Sequence record: HQ630627.1
From: Pseudomonas phage PhiPA3
Strand: one strand, 5' to 3'
DNA length: 64,000 nt
Part shown: piece after piece, positions 36,268 to 47,362 of the stretch
Layout: each line of letters begins with the position of its first letter
Numbering within the stretch: position 1 is the first letter of the stretch
The notes under the pieces: model-generated
The model's input: only the letters and a program-made list of their open reading frames with translations
Databases searched by the model: none
Told to the model about the DNA's origin: nothing
Position numbers and translations under genes: made by a program

Positions 36268-37920
36268 TTAGTCTCTAGCGACTGGATCACCAGTCATGTA
36301 CCTGAGGGTGAGGTTCAGCGTGTGAATGTTGATACTAAACGCCAAGCCACCACCAGCTTTGATGTAAGCCAAACGAGATTTGAAGAACTTATCGGATTCC
36401 TCGATTGCCTCTTTGGAGTACACGGCATTAAACGATACCGTGTCACCATCGAAGTCGGCAGTGAGTGGAGCCAGGACCGCTGGCGATACCGACGTAGAGT
36501 CGTGCCACTGCGCAATTTCGTTGAGTTCAAAGACGGGGTATTCGATAGCTGGTTGTGCGGTTAGATCCCTCTCCCAGTTGTAATCCAATGGATAACGCAT
36601 CTCACCTTTTACAGTGGTCTTAACGTACATCTTCATCGGGATCGAACTGTTGTAGTTCTCTACTGGATAGCGGGTAACGAATGCGGAATTCTTGTACCAC
36701 ATAGGTAAACCAGCGAGGTAAACCAACTCGGAATAAGTAATCGGACGAACGAACTTCTTGTGACGATCTTTCGGTAGATCTTCAATGTCACGGAAGATCT
36801 TGTAGTTCTGTTGATCATCCAAATAAACCAGTGCTAGATAGTGATCAGCAATCTCAATCGGCCGACTACGTTGGTCAATAACCTTGAGTTCGTTAATGAC
36901 TCGCTCAAGCCCTTCTGGCGTACCCCAAGTATCGAGGTCTTCAGCAGTGATGTCAACCCATTCCCGTTTGAGCGTCTTCTTATTAACCAATTCAACGCGG
37001 TTAGAGATACTGTCAAAGATCTCACCGACCACTGAATTCCGCAGATGGAAGATCGTCTTGGGTTTAACAGAGACGGCGCCTTGATACAGACCTACCACCG
37101 CATCTTTAAAGCGTGGTCGGTTGGGCGCATCCAGATCCGCAGCGTTAGTATCCAATGAAGAGATCACGTTACGCGTACCGTTTTGTACACGACGGGAAGC
37201 CCACTTGGATTGGATGTAGCCGCCCTTACCAGAAATCAACCGTTCAAAATGACCATAGATCTCCAGTACTGTGTTCTGCATGGCAACACGTTTACGGTCG
37301 TAGATACTCAGGTCGTCGTTAGGACCAAAGAACTCAGGCACACCAAATGACTGGTTGAGTAGATAACGATATTTTTCGTTGATCTCATCCATCGATACTC
37401 GACCGTCAGCGTCGATCTCAGCTTCACGGTAAGCGGCTGGAACAACCAACACATCTTGCATGATACACCGATCTTTGTACTTCTCGATCAGCTGAAGACG
37501 GTTCAGACGGATACCGGATTTGGTACCCCCGAATTCAATCTTACGCCAGTTGTTAAAGAAGAATGTATAACCGGTTTGACCTTCGAGTTCATTAGACCGA
37601 GCGAAATCTCTCCCTATTGGATCGAACACAGCAAAGGCTTTACCCAGGATGATTTCTTCGTAGAATGCCCTGAGTTTGATTAAGTTTCGGTAGATTACTG
37701 GGTGGATAATATCAAGTCCTAAGTGGATGTAACCGAAGTTGCCTTCACGTTGCTTAGAGCCAACTCGCCCGAAGATCTCCACCGAGAACAAACCTTTCTC
37801 ATGGAAGTTACCACCGGTACCTTCAAAGATCTCATGACTGGTGACTTGTCCCACGCGTAGCAACTGAGCCTTGGTAGGGATCAGTAGATCAATGTTAAAT
37901 GGGACTAACGCTTTCCTCAT
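36268..37920 (-). CDS. RNAP beta' subunit, N-terminal fragment (550 aa) with catalytic Mg-binding motif
   Basis: 'TADFDGDTVSFNAVYSKEAIEE' (compare beta' '[23 protein letters not shown]') near the C-terminus, as expected for a split beta' N-terminal subunit. SD 'AAGAGGAAAG' before ATG 37920. Confidence 0.8.
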   Translation of the reverse strand: MRKALVPFNIDLLIPTKAQLLRVGQVTSHEIFEGTGGNFHEKGLFSVEIFGRVGSKQREGNFGYIHLGLDIIHPVIYRNLIKLRAFYEEIILGKAFAVFDPIGRDFARSNELEGQTGYTFFFNNWRKIEFGGTKSGIRLNRLQLIEKYKDRCIMQDVLVVPAAYREAEIDADGRVSMDEINEKYRYLLNQSFGVPEFFGPNDDLSIYDRKRVAMQNTVLEIYGHFERLISGKGGYIQSKWASRRVQNGTRNVISSLDTNAADLDAPNRPRFKDAVVGLYQGAVSVKPKTIFHLRNSVVGEIFDSISNRVELVNKKTLKREWVDITAEDLDTWGTPEGLERVINELKVIDQRSRPIEIADHYLALVYLDDQQNYKIFRDIEDLPKDRHKKFVRPITYSELVYLAGLPMWYKNSAFVTRYPVENYNSSIPMKMYVKTTVKGEMRYPLDYNWERDLTAQPAIEYPVFELNEIAQWHDSTSVSPAVLAPLTADFDGDTVSFNAVYSKEAIEESDKFFKSRLAYIKAGGGLAFSINIHTLNLTLRYMTGDPVARD

Positions 37921-37952
37921 TTTACTTTCCTCTTAGGGGTTAGCGGTTAACG

Positions 37953-37960
37953 ATATGACT
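37953..37960 (+). promoter_or_regulatory. candidate late-promoter-like 'ATATGAC' upstream of the giant virion gene
   Basis: Same TATG(Y)C word that follows most terminator hairpins. Lies in the 52-bp divergent region between the vRNAP genes and the gp181-like gene. Confidence 0.25.
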
Positions 37961-37984
37961 GTTTAGATATCGATGGAGTTAACT

Positions 37985-40900
37985 ATGGCCAGCAAAAAGA
38001 CCACGCTGCCAAAGCCCAAGGGGATCAATCCCCAAGGGTCTATTGTTCAGCTTGATCTTGACGACTTTGATGATCTGTTTGACGAAGACTTCGGATTGCC
38101 CAAAAAGAACAGTCCGTATACGGACTTCAAATCGGGCCTGAAGAGTGGATTCCTCGACAAATTCAAGACCACCACGGTTCTCAAGAACTTCCTACGTCAT
38201 GCAGCACCAGATGGATTCAACCGCTTGTTCGGCGTGTATGATGATCTTGTTACCAGTGCAAAAGACATCAAGGATTCTGTTGAGCGTACCAACGCTGCTG
38301 ACTTGGATTATCTGGGTCGTAAGGCAAAGTCTTATTTGCCGTACCTGGAAAAACACATTCCTAATACGCTTTACAAATCGATGGACGAAGGTCTGTCGCG
38401 TAAGCTTGAGCAATATAACTACGAAATGGAAGCTGGTCGTGACCAGATTGCCATCCGTAAACGGGCTCAGCAAGCTGCTGATGAAAATGAAATCAAGGCA
38501 GCACTCGACCAGAACACCCTGGTAAGTAAAGAGAACTTCCAGCGCTCCGAGCAAGGCATTATTAAACGTGCCGCCATGGAGAAGGCTGAAAGAAATATTA
38601 GGGATAAGATTTCCGCAGGTCGTTTCGATTTTACATCTCGTGCAATGAGCATGGCTGTAGACAGCCTGACTCGGATCTCTGCTTATCATGAGCAAGTAAG
38701 CTACGGGATGCAACGTAAGAGTCTGGAACTTCAGTTCCGTTCTTACTTGGGTATTCGTGATCTGGTTCGCCTGACAGAAGCCAACATGGAACTTCAGGAC
38801 CGTGCTTTCCAAGCATTGGTTCGTAACACTGGCATCCCGGAACATAAGAAAGCGGGCATGGGTAGTGGTTTACTTGGCTTTGGTGACGGTAGAGGTAATG
38901 CCAGTTTCGCTAAAGCCTTGGCAGGAGCCGCTTTCTCCACTCTTCCTGGCTTCATGGGGAACTGGGGTGGTCAGGTAGAAGATCGAGTTAAGAAGTCTCT
39001 CAGTGGTCGCTTGGCAGACATCGTTTCGGCTGCTCGTATGGGTGAGGGGGCTGGTTCCTTCTGGGATCAGCGTTACAATCTTGCCGGTATGATGGCTGGA
39101 GAATTTGGTTCTGATGTAATCAATGATCACATTGCCCCATGGCTGGGTTCTAAACTCCGACCTGGTGCTACTAGGTTAGCCCAGCGATTTGGTGGGCGCC
39201 ATAACCAACTGAACTATACGCTGGACAATATCCCAGCCTTCTTGCAAGAGTTTGTTAACAACTCGCAAAACCAGTACGGTTGGAAAGGCACCGTCCGTGA
39301 CATGATAGCTCCGTTCATCCCTCAGTTCTCCTTAAAGGACCGACTGGATAATGGAACCTATCAAACAATTGACCAGCAAACTGCTTTTAACCAGTTGACA
39401 CAACGGTCGATCACTGAAGTCATTCCTGGCTTACTGTCACGTGCAGTACAGGAACTGCGTATGATCCGTACTGGCCGTAATGATGTTGAGCGGGAAGTCT
39501 TTGACATCACTACTGGTAAATTTACGGTTGAGAAAACTGCTCAAGACAACGTCATGCATCGCGTTATTCCCAAGACGGCTATTCGTAACACGTCCGGAAT
39601 GATCAATGATGCACTCAATAACCTCGATCAAGAAGGTCAGTTGTCTCCAGCGGCACGTAAAGCTCTCAGCGAGAGGTTACTGCGTGATGCTTCAACTAAT
39701 CGTCGTTTTGACCCTAACGCATATATCCGTGCTGGGGGTTACGCTGATGGTCTGTCGCCGGATGTTACAAACGAACTCAGTCAGTTCTTCCGTGGGAAAT
39801 TCCAGTTCGACGACAAAGGTAAGATGACGGATACCGCGGCCAACCATCAACTCCGTGATGAGTGGTCTCGGGCTTTCTTGGACATTCGTAGTGTTTCACG
39901 TGATCCGATAAAAGAGATTCATCGCCTGGTGAACGCCGGTCATACCGAATCTCTGCGTATGCTCGGTATCATCGTTACTGAACAAGGTCAGGATAAGATC
40001 AACTACAACCGCGTTTGGGAAATCCTGCGTAGTGGTGTTTCGGATAACAATCCGTACGCTGGTGGTCCGATGCCTGATCCGGAACAAACGGGTACTCCTG
40101 GCGATAAGGGTTTTGTTGGTCCTGCCTATCCAGGTGCTGCGAAAGCTGGTGCATTAAATGCGATGGTGAGATTCCGTCGTAAATATGCCCCTGAAGAACA
40201 ACGCGCTCGTGACGAGTGGAACAAGTTTGCAAACAACATGCGTGGTCGTTACGGTTCCGCTGCTGACCAAATCAGGGAAGCTGGCGGTTTCGGAGACTGG
40301 ACCAATTCGATGTATGGTCGGTATAGCCCGAAAGTATCCGGGATGGCCACCGACGTAGTCGAACGAGCTAAAGCGTTCGCTGAGCGCCATAAGCCCGGTG
40401 CTGTTGATAGCATGATGAGTCGAGCCAAGGCTCTGGCTGGAAACTTCTTCCCCAACGGCCTTAGTGCTGGCGGTGTGTTGGATGCAGCCATGGGTTATGG
40501 GAAGAGCGCATATAGCCAGGCTATGTCGCAGATGCCTGGGATGAACGACGCCGCTGGCTCGTACGTCCAAGAGGGAATGAATAAGATCATGGACTTGTAT
40601 TCCAAGTTCGATCCGAAAGTACCCCTTATCAAAGGCACCGATTTCATCCAAGGTAAGCTCATTGACCTGAACACCAAGAAAGTCATTACGAAACCCAGTG
40701 ATATCACAGGTGCTGTGATTAACATGGCTGGTATGACTGTCCTCACAGCTCAAGAAGCTGCAAACGGTCTGTTCGATATTACGGGTCAGATGGTCATTAA
40801 GACATTGACCAATAATGGTGATATCTCTAATGCCGTATCTAAAAATACTGGTGGAATGGGTGCTGCTGCGAACGACGCAGAAAATCCTAACGAGGAGAAA

Positions 40901-43900
40901 GACCTAGAGGAACAAGACTGGTGTATCGACGGTGATCCGGATCCGATTATCACATCCCGTGGTCTGAAGAACGGTTCGTATTTCGATTCGGTAACAGGTG
41001 ACGTGGTTACGAAGCTGAACGAAGTTAAAGGAGATATTCTTGACAAGTTCGGTAACATCGTAGCGACAGCTAAAGAACTTGCAGTTGGTTTGATCTCTCG
41101 GAAAACGGGTAAGCGTTGGCGTTTGAAGAAAGGCCCGAAAGCCATTCTGAACATCATGGGTAAACTGGGTAAGTTTGGTAACATGACAGCTCACCAAGCT
41201 GCCTGGGGTATGATTAAGTTTGGTGCTAAGGCTGCCTTAGGTATTGCCTCAAAAGCATTTAACTTTGTGGTGGAAACACAGAACGCTTATCTGCCTGATT
41301 CTGATGACCCTGTATTCGAACGTCGTAAGTGTCATAATGGCGAATACTTCGATGAGAAGGGTAATGTGATCGAGAACTTCGCTGATGTCTATGGACAAAT
41401 CTACGATGCCAAAGGAGAACCCATTCTACCATTAGAACAGTTCAAGGATCTCATTAACTACGACGGCACTAAACATATCCTGGCTAAGAACAAAAAGCTT
41501 ATTCGACGTACATTAAATCGCGGCATTCGAGCTTTGCGAAAGAAATACGTCAACATGTCTAAGCGTTATTGGAAATGGTTGGGACGCACCAGCGCCAAAC
41601 TTGCCCCCAAGGTGGGTAGAAAACTCCTCGGCGGTTTTGCTAGCGCCGGTGGAGCTATCATGAACCGTCTTGTGGAGCGAGTTCCTTACGAAGACTTTGA
41701 AACGACGGATCAAGTATTGTTGGGTCAGATCCTGGAGACTCTACGGGGTACTCAGGAACAGCAAGTCCGCGAAGGTAGCTGGCAAGATCAAGCCGCTAAG
41801 AAAGCAGAAGCCGCAGAACGAGAAAGCCTCTTTGGAAGCTTAGGTGGACGCAAAGGCGAAGGTGATCAAGAGAAAGCCCAGAACATCTTCATGAGAGGTC
41901 TAACCAAGGGACTGCAAAGTGTCTTTAGTAAGATCACTGGTAAAGATGCTGATGAAGATTCCGGTATCATGGATCTCATCTTGGGTGGTGGTAAGAAAGG
42001 CGGTGGTAAAGGTCGATTGGGTGGGATGCTGGCTCGTGCAGCTCCATACGCTGCGGCCGGTGCTGCTACAGCGGTAGGTACAGCCATTACCGCGAAGAAG
42101 TTCAATGATCAAGGATTTGACGGCAAGGAAAGCGGCTTACTCACCGCACTGTCGGCAACAGCTCCGGGCAAGTTAATGACGGACTGGATCATTGCTCCAA
42201 CCATGTTGAAATTCAAGAACGTTGACAAATTGACGAAGCCGTTCATTCTGCTTCGGATGGCGCAGTACGGTATTACTGACCTTGATCAACAGAGTAAGAT
42301 CTTTACTCTTGAACAAGAGTTCGAGAAATCCGCAACACGTGGTGAACGTTCTGACATCAGCATGGAAGCCGTAGGTGCGAAACGGGTATTTGAGATTCTG
42401 GATATCAAACCAGATGACAAAGCGCGTATCAAAGCGATGGCTGATTGGTTACAACTTCGTTTCCGACCGATCTTCAACGCCTATCTGAACGCTCTGCATT
42501 CAGTAGACAAAGATAATATCAATGTCACTGAGATGGACGACAAGCTCCCCAATGAGTTAAAGGGTGCTGTACTGGAAAAAGTGAAGTTCCCGATGCTTGG
42601 GGATACGCCGTACCAGTACCGGATGAGTCCGTTCGATCCAGAAGGCAAGCTGGAAGATACAACTGCGGATATCACGGAACGCTTTGAGAAGTACACCAAG
42701 ATGTTTGCAGGGGTTAAGGCCCTAGCTTTAGCGAATAAGAATAAAGTCGCTAGAGACAAGGCCATGGCAGGCGAAGCTGCCAGTACTGTTCAGGATGCAG
42801 CTAAAAAGGCTGTAGACACGGCAGTTAAAGGTAGCCCGCTGAGTATGGTTGCTCCCGGTGTTCCTTCACCATTGGCTCCAGTAGATCCGAAATCTAAGAT
42901 GCAACTCAAGACAGCCTTGGGTGGCACTGCGGTAATCACTGGTGTAGGTAAGCTAGGTAGTTCTCTGACTGGCCTACAGGCAATCCGTATGCGGGCTTAT
43001 GGTCTGCAAACGATGGCCTACTCTGACGTACAAGCGTTGCTGTCGTTGGAGGCCAGGTTTGTAGAAGGTCTGAAGATCAGTAACGGCGAGGCAAATTACA
43101 CAGGGGATACGGAAGATCTGATTCAGACTACCGCCCCACTGTTTGGTAAGGACCCTTCCGATGGATCGAAAGATAGAGTTGGGTACGTAAACTGGTTACT
43201 GTATCGCTTTGCTCCGGCATTCCGCGCATACATGCTAGCCTCTTCCCAGTTTGCCCCCAGCGCCAACCTAAATGGATTGGAATCCAAGCTCAAGCCTGGT
43301 GATAAAGTAACTGTTGCAAACGCTGTATTGGGTGCTGCTGATGGTGGGAATTCAGTCTGGAAACAAGCCAGTATCTTCGAGATCAAAGGAGACCCTGAAG
43401 ATCTTAAGAAATTGGCCGAAGCCGACTTGGAACACTTAAAGCAAGAAGCAGAGAAAGACATTGCTGCTTCCCCAACTCAATCAGCGGGTTCTCAGGCTGC
43501 TGGTAAGGCAGCTGCTGATGCCGGTGGTTCATTTGCCGACAAAGCAGTAAGCAGTATTAAGAATGCCTGGGAGAAGACGAAAGACACCGCTGCAACTGCT
43601 TGGCAAAATACCAAAAATGCAGTGAGTGCTGGCGTTGACAACGTCATGGACATGAAAGATGCGGCAACGTATCGCATGGGTCTGGCGGGCGAAGTCAAAG
43701 CAACAGGTAATACCTACGGGTCTCTAGCCCAAGGTAATGGTGGTCAGTGGGAACAAATCCCCATGCCTAAGCAAAACAAATCCGCAGCAGCTGCTCGTGA
43801 GACGCTGTCGGTTGTAGCGCAAATGGTGGGGGTACCTGTTGAACTGTTGATGATCTTCTGTGCTATCGAGTCCAGCTTCGACTGGAATGCTCGGGCAGGT

Positions 43901-44944
43901 ACGTCTAATGCATCTGGTTGGTTCCAGTTCATTAACAGTACTTGGGACGGCATGATCAAGAAGTACTCGGCTAAGTATGGTTTACCCGCCGATACGCCAC
44001 AGCGGAGTCTCCGGATGGATCCTCGGATCAACGCCCTGATGGGTGCCGAGTTCGTCAAAGAGAACTTCACGATCCTGCAAAATGCGTTGGGTCGTGCTCC
44101 GACTGACGTTGATCTGTACGTTGCACACTTCATGGGGCCATACGGCGCTAAGAAGTTCCTGATGAAAGATCAGAACTCCATCGGTGCCGCTGTATTCCCG
44201 AAAGAAGCCGCTGCTAACCGGACAATCTTCTACAAGAACAAAGGTACTGGTCCTGCCCGTACCCTTGGTGAAATCTATCAGACCTTCGAATCCTTGGTCG
44301 CTCGTTTCCGTAAGATGGCGGGTGGTACCGGTTCGGACGTTAAGATGCCACAACAGCCTGGTGAAGAGAAATCTTCTCAGGAACTTGCTGAAGAACAATC
44401 CAAGCAGGCTGCAAAATCTGGGAGTGCAGCAATTAGTGCATGGGATGTGGATACCTCTGACAATGCCAGTGATGCTGCCGTCGCAAGATCGGAAGCCTAT
44501 CTGGCAAATCAGGGTAAACCACAAGTACCGGTTTTACCGGGTATTACCCCCATGTCCACTGCGCCTGTACCGGCTGGCACTACATCGCCAGATGGTACGC
44601 AGACTGGTGCAACGCCATCTGCGGATTCAGGCGTGAGTGTGGCTGCTGCTGGTACGAATGCACGTGTGGAAGCTGCACAACAGCAAAACACCATTCGCCA
44701 GCATGAGATTCGTCAATCGCAACAAGTTCAACAGAAAGCAATTGATGTGCAAGGTGAGCAACTCGCAATCCTCATCCAGATTCGAGATCATCTCGCTATT
44801 CTGGTTGCCGCTGCACAATCAAAAGGTTCTATTGAACAGCAACAGGTACAGACCGGCAGTGCAGGAGGCGGTAATAATATGACCTCTACTCAACGCACCA
44901 GCCGGCCGGCCCTTGATCGGCCATCACCGCTGAAGCTGCAATAA
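37985..44944 (+). CDS. giant virion-associated protein (about 2,320 aa) with C-terminal lytic transglycosylase (SLT/lysozyme-like) domain; phiKZ gp181-like
   Basis: SLT motifs 'ELLMIFCAIESSFDWNARAGTSNASGWFQFINSTW' and 'AHFMGPYGA' at nt 43790-44190, with catalytic Glu in 'AIESSF' at about 43868. Followed by a Q-rich coiled C-terminus. ATG 37985 with GGAG upstream (the track starts at 37973). Confidence 0.85.
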   Translation: MASKKTTLPKPKGINPQGSIVQLDLDDFDDLFDEDFGLPKKNSPYTDFKSGLKSGFLDKFKTTTVLKNFLRHAAPDGFNRLFGVYDDLVTSAKDIKDSVERTNAADLDYLGRKAKSYLPYLEKHIPNTLYKSMDEGLSRKLEQYNYEMEAGRDQIAIRKRAQQAADENEIKAALDQNTLVSKENFQRSEQGIIKRAAMEKAERNIRDKISAGRFDFTSRAMSMAVDSLTRISAYHEQVSYGMQRKSLELQFRSYLGIRDLVRLTEANMELQDRAFQALVRNTGIPEHKKAGMGSGLLGFGDGRGNASFAKALAGAAFSTLPGFMGNWGGQVEDRVKKSLSGRLADIVSAARMGEGAGSFWDQRYNLAGMMAGEFGSDVINDHIAPWLGSKLRPGATRLAQRFGGRHNQLNYTLDNIPAFLQEFVNNSQNQYGWKGTVRDMIAPFIPQFSLKDRLDNGTYQTIDQQTAFNQLTQRSITEVIPGLLSRAVQELRMIRTGRNDVEREVFDITTGKFTVEKTAQDNVMHRVIPKTAIRNTSGMINDALNNLDQEGQLSPAARKALSERLLRDASTNRRFDPNAYIRAGGYADGLSPDVTNELSQFFRGKFQFDDKGKMTDTAANHQLRDEWSRAFLDIRSVSRDPIKEIHRLVNAGHTESLRMLGIIVTEQGQDKINYNRVWEILRSGVSDNNPYAGGPMPDPEQTGTPGDKGFVGPAYPGAAKAGALNAMVRFRRKYAPEEQRARDEWNKFANNMRGRYGSAADQIREAGGFGDWTNSMYGRYSPKVSGMATDVVERAKAFAERHKPGAVDSMMSRAKALAGNFFPNGLSAGGVLDAAMGYGKSAYSQAMSQMPGMNDAAGSYVQEGMNKIMDLYSKFDPKVPLIKGTDFIQGKLIDLNTKKVITKPSDITGAVINMAGMTVLTAQEAANGLFDITGQMVIKTLTNNGDISNAVSKNTGGMGAAANDAENPNEEKDLEEQDWCIDGDPDPIITSRGLKNGSYFDSVTGDVVTKLNEVKGDILDKFGNIVATAKELAVGLISRKTGKRWRLKKGPKAILNIMGKLGKFGNMTAHQAAWGMIKFGAKAALGIASKAFNFVVETQNAYLPDSDDPVFERRKCHNGEYFDEKGNVIENFADVYGQIYDAKGEPILPLEQFKDLINYDGTKHILAKNKKLIRRTLNRGIRALRKKYVNMSKRYWKWLGRTSAKLAPKVGRKLLGGFASAGGAIMNRLVERVPYEDFETTDQVLLGQILETLRGTQEQQVREGSWQDQAAKKAEAAERESLFGSLGGRKGEGDQEKAQNIFMRGLTKGLQSVFSKITGKDADEDSGIMDLILGGGKKGGGKGRLGGMLARAAPYAAAGAATAVGTAITAKKFNDQGFDGKESGLLTALSATAPGKLMTDWIIAPTMLKFKNVDKLTKPFILLRMAQYGITDLDQQSKIFTLEQEFEKSATRGERSDISMEAVGAKRVFEILDIKPDDKARIKAMADWLQLRFRPIFNAYLNALHSVDKDNINVTEMDDKLPNELKGAVLEKVKFPMLGDTPYQYRMSPFDPEGKLEDTTADITERFEKYTKMFAGVKALALANKNKVARDKAMAGEAASTVQDAAKKAVDTAVKGSPLSMVAPGVPSPLAPVDPKSKMQLKTALGGTAVITGVGKLGSSLTGLQAIRMRAYGLQTMAYSDVQALLSLEARFVEGLKISNGEANYTGDTEDLIQTTAPLFGKDPSDGSKDRVGYVNWLLYRFAPAFRAYMLASSQFAPSANLNGLESKLKPGDKVTVANAVLGAADGGNSVWKQASIFEIKGDPEDLKKLAEADLEHLKQEAEKDIAASPTQSAGSQAAGKAAADAGGSFADKAVSSIKNAWEKTKDTAATAWQNTKNAVSAGVDNVMDMKDAATYRMGLAGEVKATGNTYGSLAQGNGGQWEQIPMPKQNKSAAAARETLSVVAQMVGVPVELLMIFCAIESSFDWNARAGTSNASGWFQFINSTWDGMIKKYSAKYGLPADTPQRSLRMDPRINALMGAEFVKENFTILQNALGRAPTDVDLYVAHFMGPYGAKKFLMKDQNSIGAAVFPKEAAANRTIFYKNKGTGPARTLGEIYQTFESLVARFRKMAGGTGSDVKMPQQPGEEKSSQELAEEQSKQAAKSGSAAISAWDVDTSDNASDAAVARSEAYLANQGKPQVPVLPGITPMSTAPVPAGTTSPDGTQTGATPSADSGVSVAAAGTNARVEAAQQQNTIRQHEIRQSQQVQQKAIDVQGEQLAILIQIRDHLAILVAAAQSKGSIEQQQVQTGSAGGGNNMTSTQRTSRPALDRPSPLKLQ

Positions 44945-44950
44945 CTTTGA

Positions 44951-44980
44951 GGCCACTCCTTCGGGGGTGGCCTTATTTCG
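44951..44980 (+). terminator. hairpin (GGCCACTCC-TTCG-GGGGTGGCC) plus TTATTTCG
   Basis: After the giant gene. Confidence 0.5.
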
Positions 44981-44995
44981 TCAAAGGAAACCAAC

Positions 44996-46972
44996 ATGGC
45001 AACCGATATAAAACCAATTTGGTTACGACAAGCCTTTCTGTTGCCCGTATCCGACAACAAGAAACACTTCGGCTCTGGCACTCGCCGCCGCTATGCTAAC
45101 TCAGCAGCATTTAAATTCACCAACACCACATTAGGTGGTAGCTTCGCTATTAACATGTTACCCCAATACACCAGGTATGCAGACATTCGTCAACCTGGTC
45201 GGGGTCGAACATACGAACAACGTTTCGATGGCATGGGGCGGTATTATTCCGAAGCTCATGATGACACCAAGCAAGAACTACACATGTCGTTCGGTGTGCC
45301 ACGTTTTAGTAGTTGGTCTGGATTCTTCACGAACTTCTACGACCGCTCAGCTGCTGCATTAGCCAACACCGGTGTAGCTGGTGGAGCTTGGTATAACTTG
45401 GGTAACGTTGGCGGGTTATTGGTTACATTACCACTGCAACCGTTTATCCTGGGTATTACAGGCGTTTCTAAAGTTATCTCGTTCCTGTCCAAGACTCAGC
45501 CCTCTAAATGGTTCTATTTCAAACCGACCATGCACGCATATTGGTCAGCGGTTAATACCTTGGCAAACGAATTTGCTATCGGCCTTGGTATCACCCCATG
45601 GGTTTGGGATAACACAGCTAAACCACTGACTGATCCAGGTCAATCGGTTTCGGAAGAAGACGTTAAAGGAATGCACAAAATCTTCCCAGGGTTATTCCGT
45701 GAAGATGGTGGTGTAGACATTATGGCTCTTGCTGGTCGTACACAGCGAATGTCTGACCAAGCACAGCAAAACTTTAAGGCCATCGCTGAGAAAGCCGAAT
45801 CCATTGAAGCACTGCAAGCGGCGGTGGATGAAGAATACTCCAAGATGCCTGACGACCCAGGCGCTGGTGCAGATGCTCGTAAATACTTCCTTGATTATCT
45901 AAAAGCAGATAACCGCGCAGCAGACGACTCTGGTATCGTAGATACGGAATCGTTTAGTACGTGGAAAGACCTCAAAGGAGTTTACGACTTCGTGGTCGGT
46001 GCACAACACGACGGCATGCAATTTGTTACTCTGCGTGCTGATTATAATGGGGAGGTTTCCGAATCTTTCAGCAACTCCACACGCGATGTTGGTGTCGCTC
46101 AAACCCTGAATACTAAGGTGGGGGAAGGGCGCGCCGCTTCATTTGACTTCATGGGTGGTAACATCACTGAAGGGGTTGGAGCAGCTGTGGACATGGTCAA
46201 GAGTTTTGTTTCTGGGGCACTGGATACTATCAACATGAATGGTCTGGCTACGTTAGCGGGCGCTGCATTTGTTGATGTACCGGAATACTGGGACAGTGCA
46301 ATGGCATCTTTGCCGTCAGCACAATACACGATTCCCTTGATCAGTCCGTATGGTAATGTTATCTCCCGTTTCATGAATATCTACATTCCGCTGGCTATGA
46401 TTCTCCCGATGGGCTTGCCCCGTTCGGCTGGTCGTTCAGCGTACACAGCTCCGTTCATTTGTCAGATCTACCACAAAGGTCGCGTACAAAGACAACTGGG
46501 CATCGTAGATTCTATACAGATTCGTCGTGGTGTAGGTAATGTCGGCTGGAACGCCGAGCATCAGATGCTCGGTTGTGAAGTTACCATCAGTGTCAAAGAC
46601 CTCTCTAAGCTCATGCACATCCCAATCAAAGGTGGCTTCGCTAGTCCGTCATGGCTAGGTACAGTTACTCGGGGTGCGGTAGCAGAGCTTGCTGACCTGG
46701 CTGGTGGTGAGGGCGCACAAGCTGCTGCCATTGCCTTAACCAACGGCGCGGTCTGGGATGAACAGAGTTTGTTCAACGACTACGTTGCAACACTGTGTTC
46801 TCAATCCTGGGCTGATCTGTATTACGCTGGAAAGCGTTTAAACCTCAATATCACTCGTGTAACGCAAGATTTCAAATCTTGGAAGTCCCCATCCAACTTC
46901 ATGAGTTGGGTACTGGACGGCGAGGTTGCACGGACGGTCTCTGCATTCATGCAGACAACTGATCGCTTCTAA
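44996..46972 (+). CDS. hypothetical virion protein (658 aa)
   Basis: ORF following hairpin 44951-44972. Confidence 0.6.
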   Translation: MATDIKPIWLRQAFLLPVSDNKKHFGSGTRRRYANSAAFKFTNTTLGGSFAINMLPQYTRYADIRQPGRGRTYEQRFDGMGRYYSEAHDDTKQELHMSFGVPRFSSWSGFFTNFYDRSAAALANTGVAGGAWYNLGNVGGLLVTLPLQPFILGITGVSKVISFLSKTQPSKWFYFKPTMHAYWSAVNTLANEFAIGLGITPWVWDNTAKPLTDPGQSVSEEDVKGMHKIFPGLFREDGGVDIMALAGRTQRMSDQAQQNFKAIAEKAESIEALQAAVDEEYSKMPDDPGAGADARKYFLDYLKADNRAADDSGIVDTESFSTWKDLKGVYDFVVGAQHDGMQFVTLRADYNGEVSESFSNSTRDVGVAQTLNTKVGEGRAASFDFMGGNITEGVGAAVDMVKSFVSGALDTINMNGLATLAGAAFVDVPEYWDSAMASLPSAQYTIPLISPYGNVISRFMNIYIPLAMILPMGLPRSAGRSAYTAPFICQIYHKGRVQRQLGIVDSIQIRRGVGNVGWNAEHQMLGCEVTISVKDLSKLMHIPIKGGFASPSWLGTVTRGAVAELADLAGGEGAQAAAIALTNGAVWDEQSLFNDYVATLCSQSWADLYYAGKRLNLNITRVTQDFKSWKSPSNFMSWVLDGEVARTVSAFMQTTDRF

Positions 46973-46982
46973 AGGAAAAACT

Positions 46983-47351
46983 ATGTCTCTTCTGAAAACC
47001 ATCGGTCTTAAACTCATTGGCGCCAAAGGCATTGCCGAAATTGAAAGCGCTGCCATTGCTTCGGCTGCAAGTGGCATCATCTCCAAAGCGGTAGATGAGG
47101 CAACCCCACGCATCACCCGTGAAGCTATTGCCGCTCAAACCTACACCGAACTGCGTGTACGCCTCCTTAGTAAACTTCTGGGTGGCGAAGACAATGTAAT
47201 TAGCTGGGCTGATAAAGTAGCCGAATCTAAGCTCCAAAACAAAAATCCGGTGGTGCTGCGTAGCAAGCTAGTGAAAGAACTCAAGGAAATCACAGGCGAT
47301 AGCACTCGTGCTGGCGCTACTGCTGATCTGCTCCTTGATTCCCTGAAGTAA
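46983..47351 (+). CDS. hypothetical protein (about 122 aa)
   Basis: ATG 46983 (MSLLKTIGLK...). The track's longer start overlaps the upstream gene. Confidence 0.5.
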   Translation: MSLLKTIGLKLIGAKGIAEIESAAIASAASGIISKAVDEATPRITREAIAAQTYTELRVRLLSKLLGGEDNVISWADKVAESKLQNKNPVVLRSKLVKELKEITGDSTRAGATADLLLDSLK

Positions 47352-47362
47352 GGAGAGACCGA

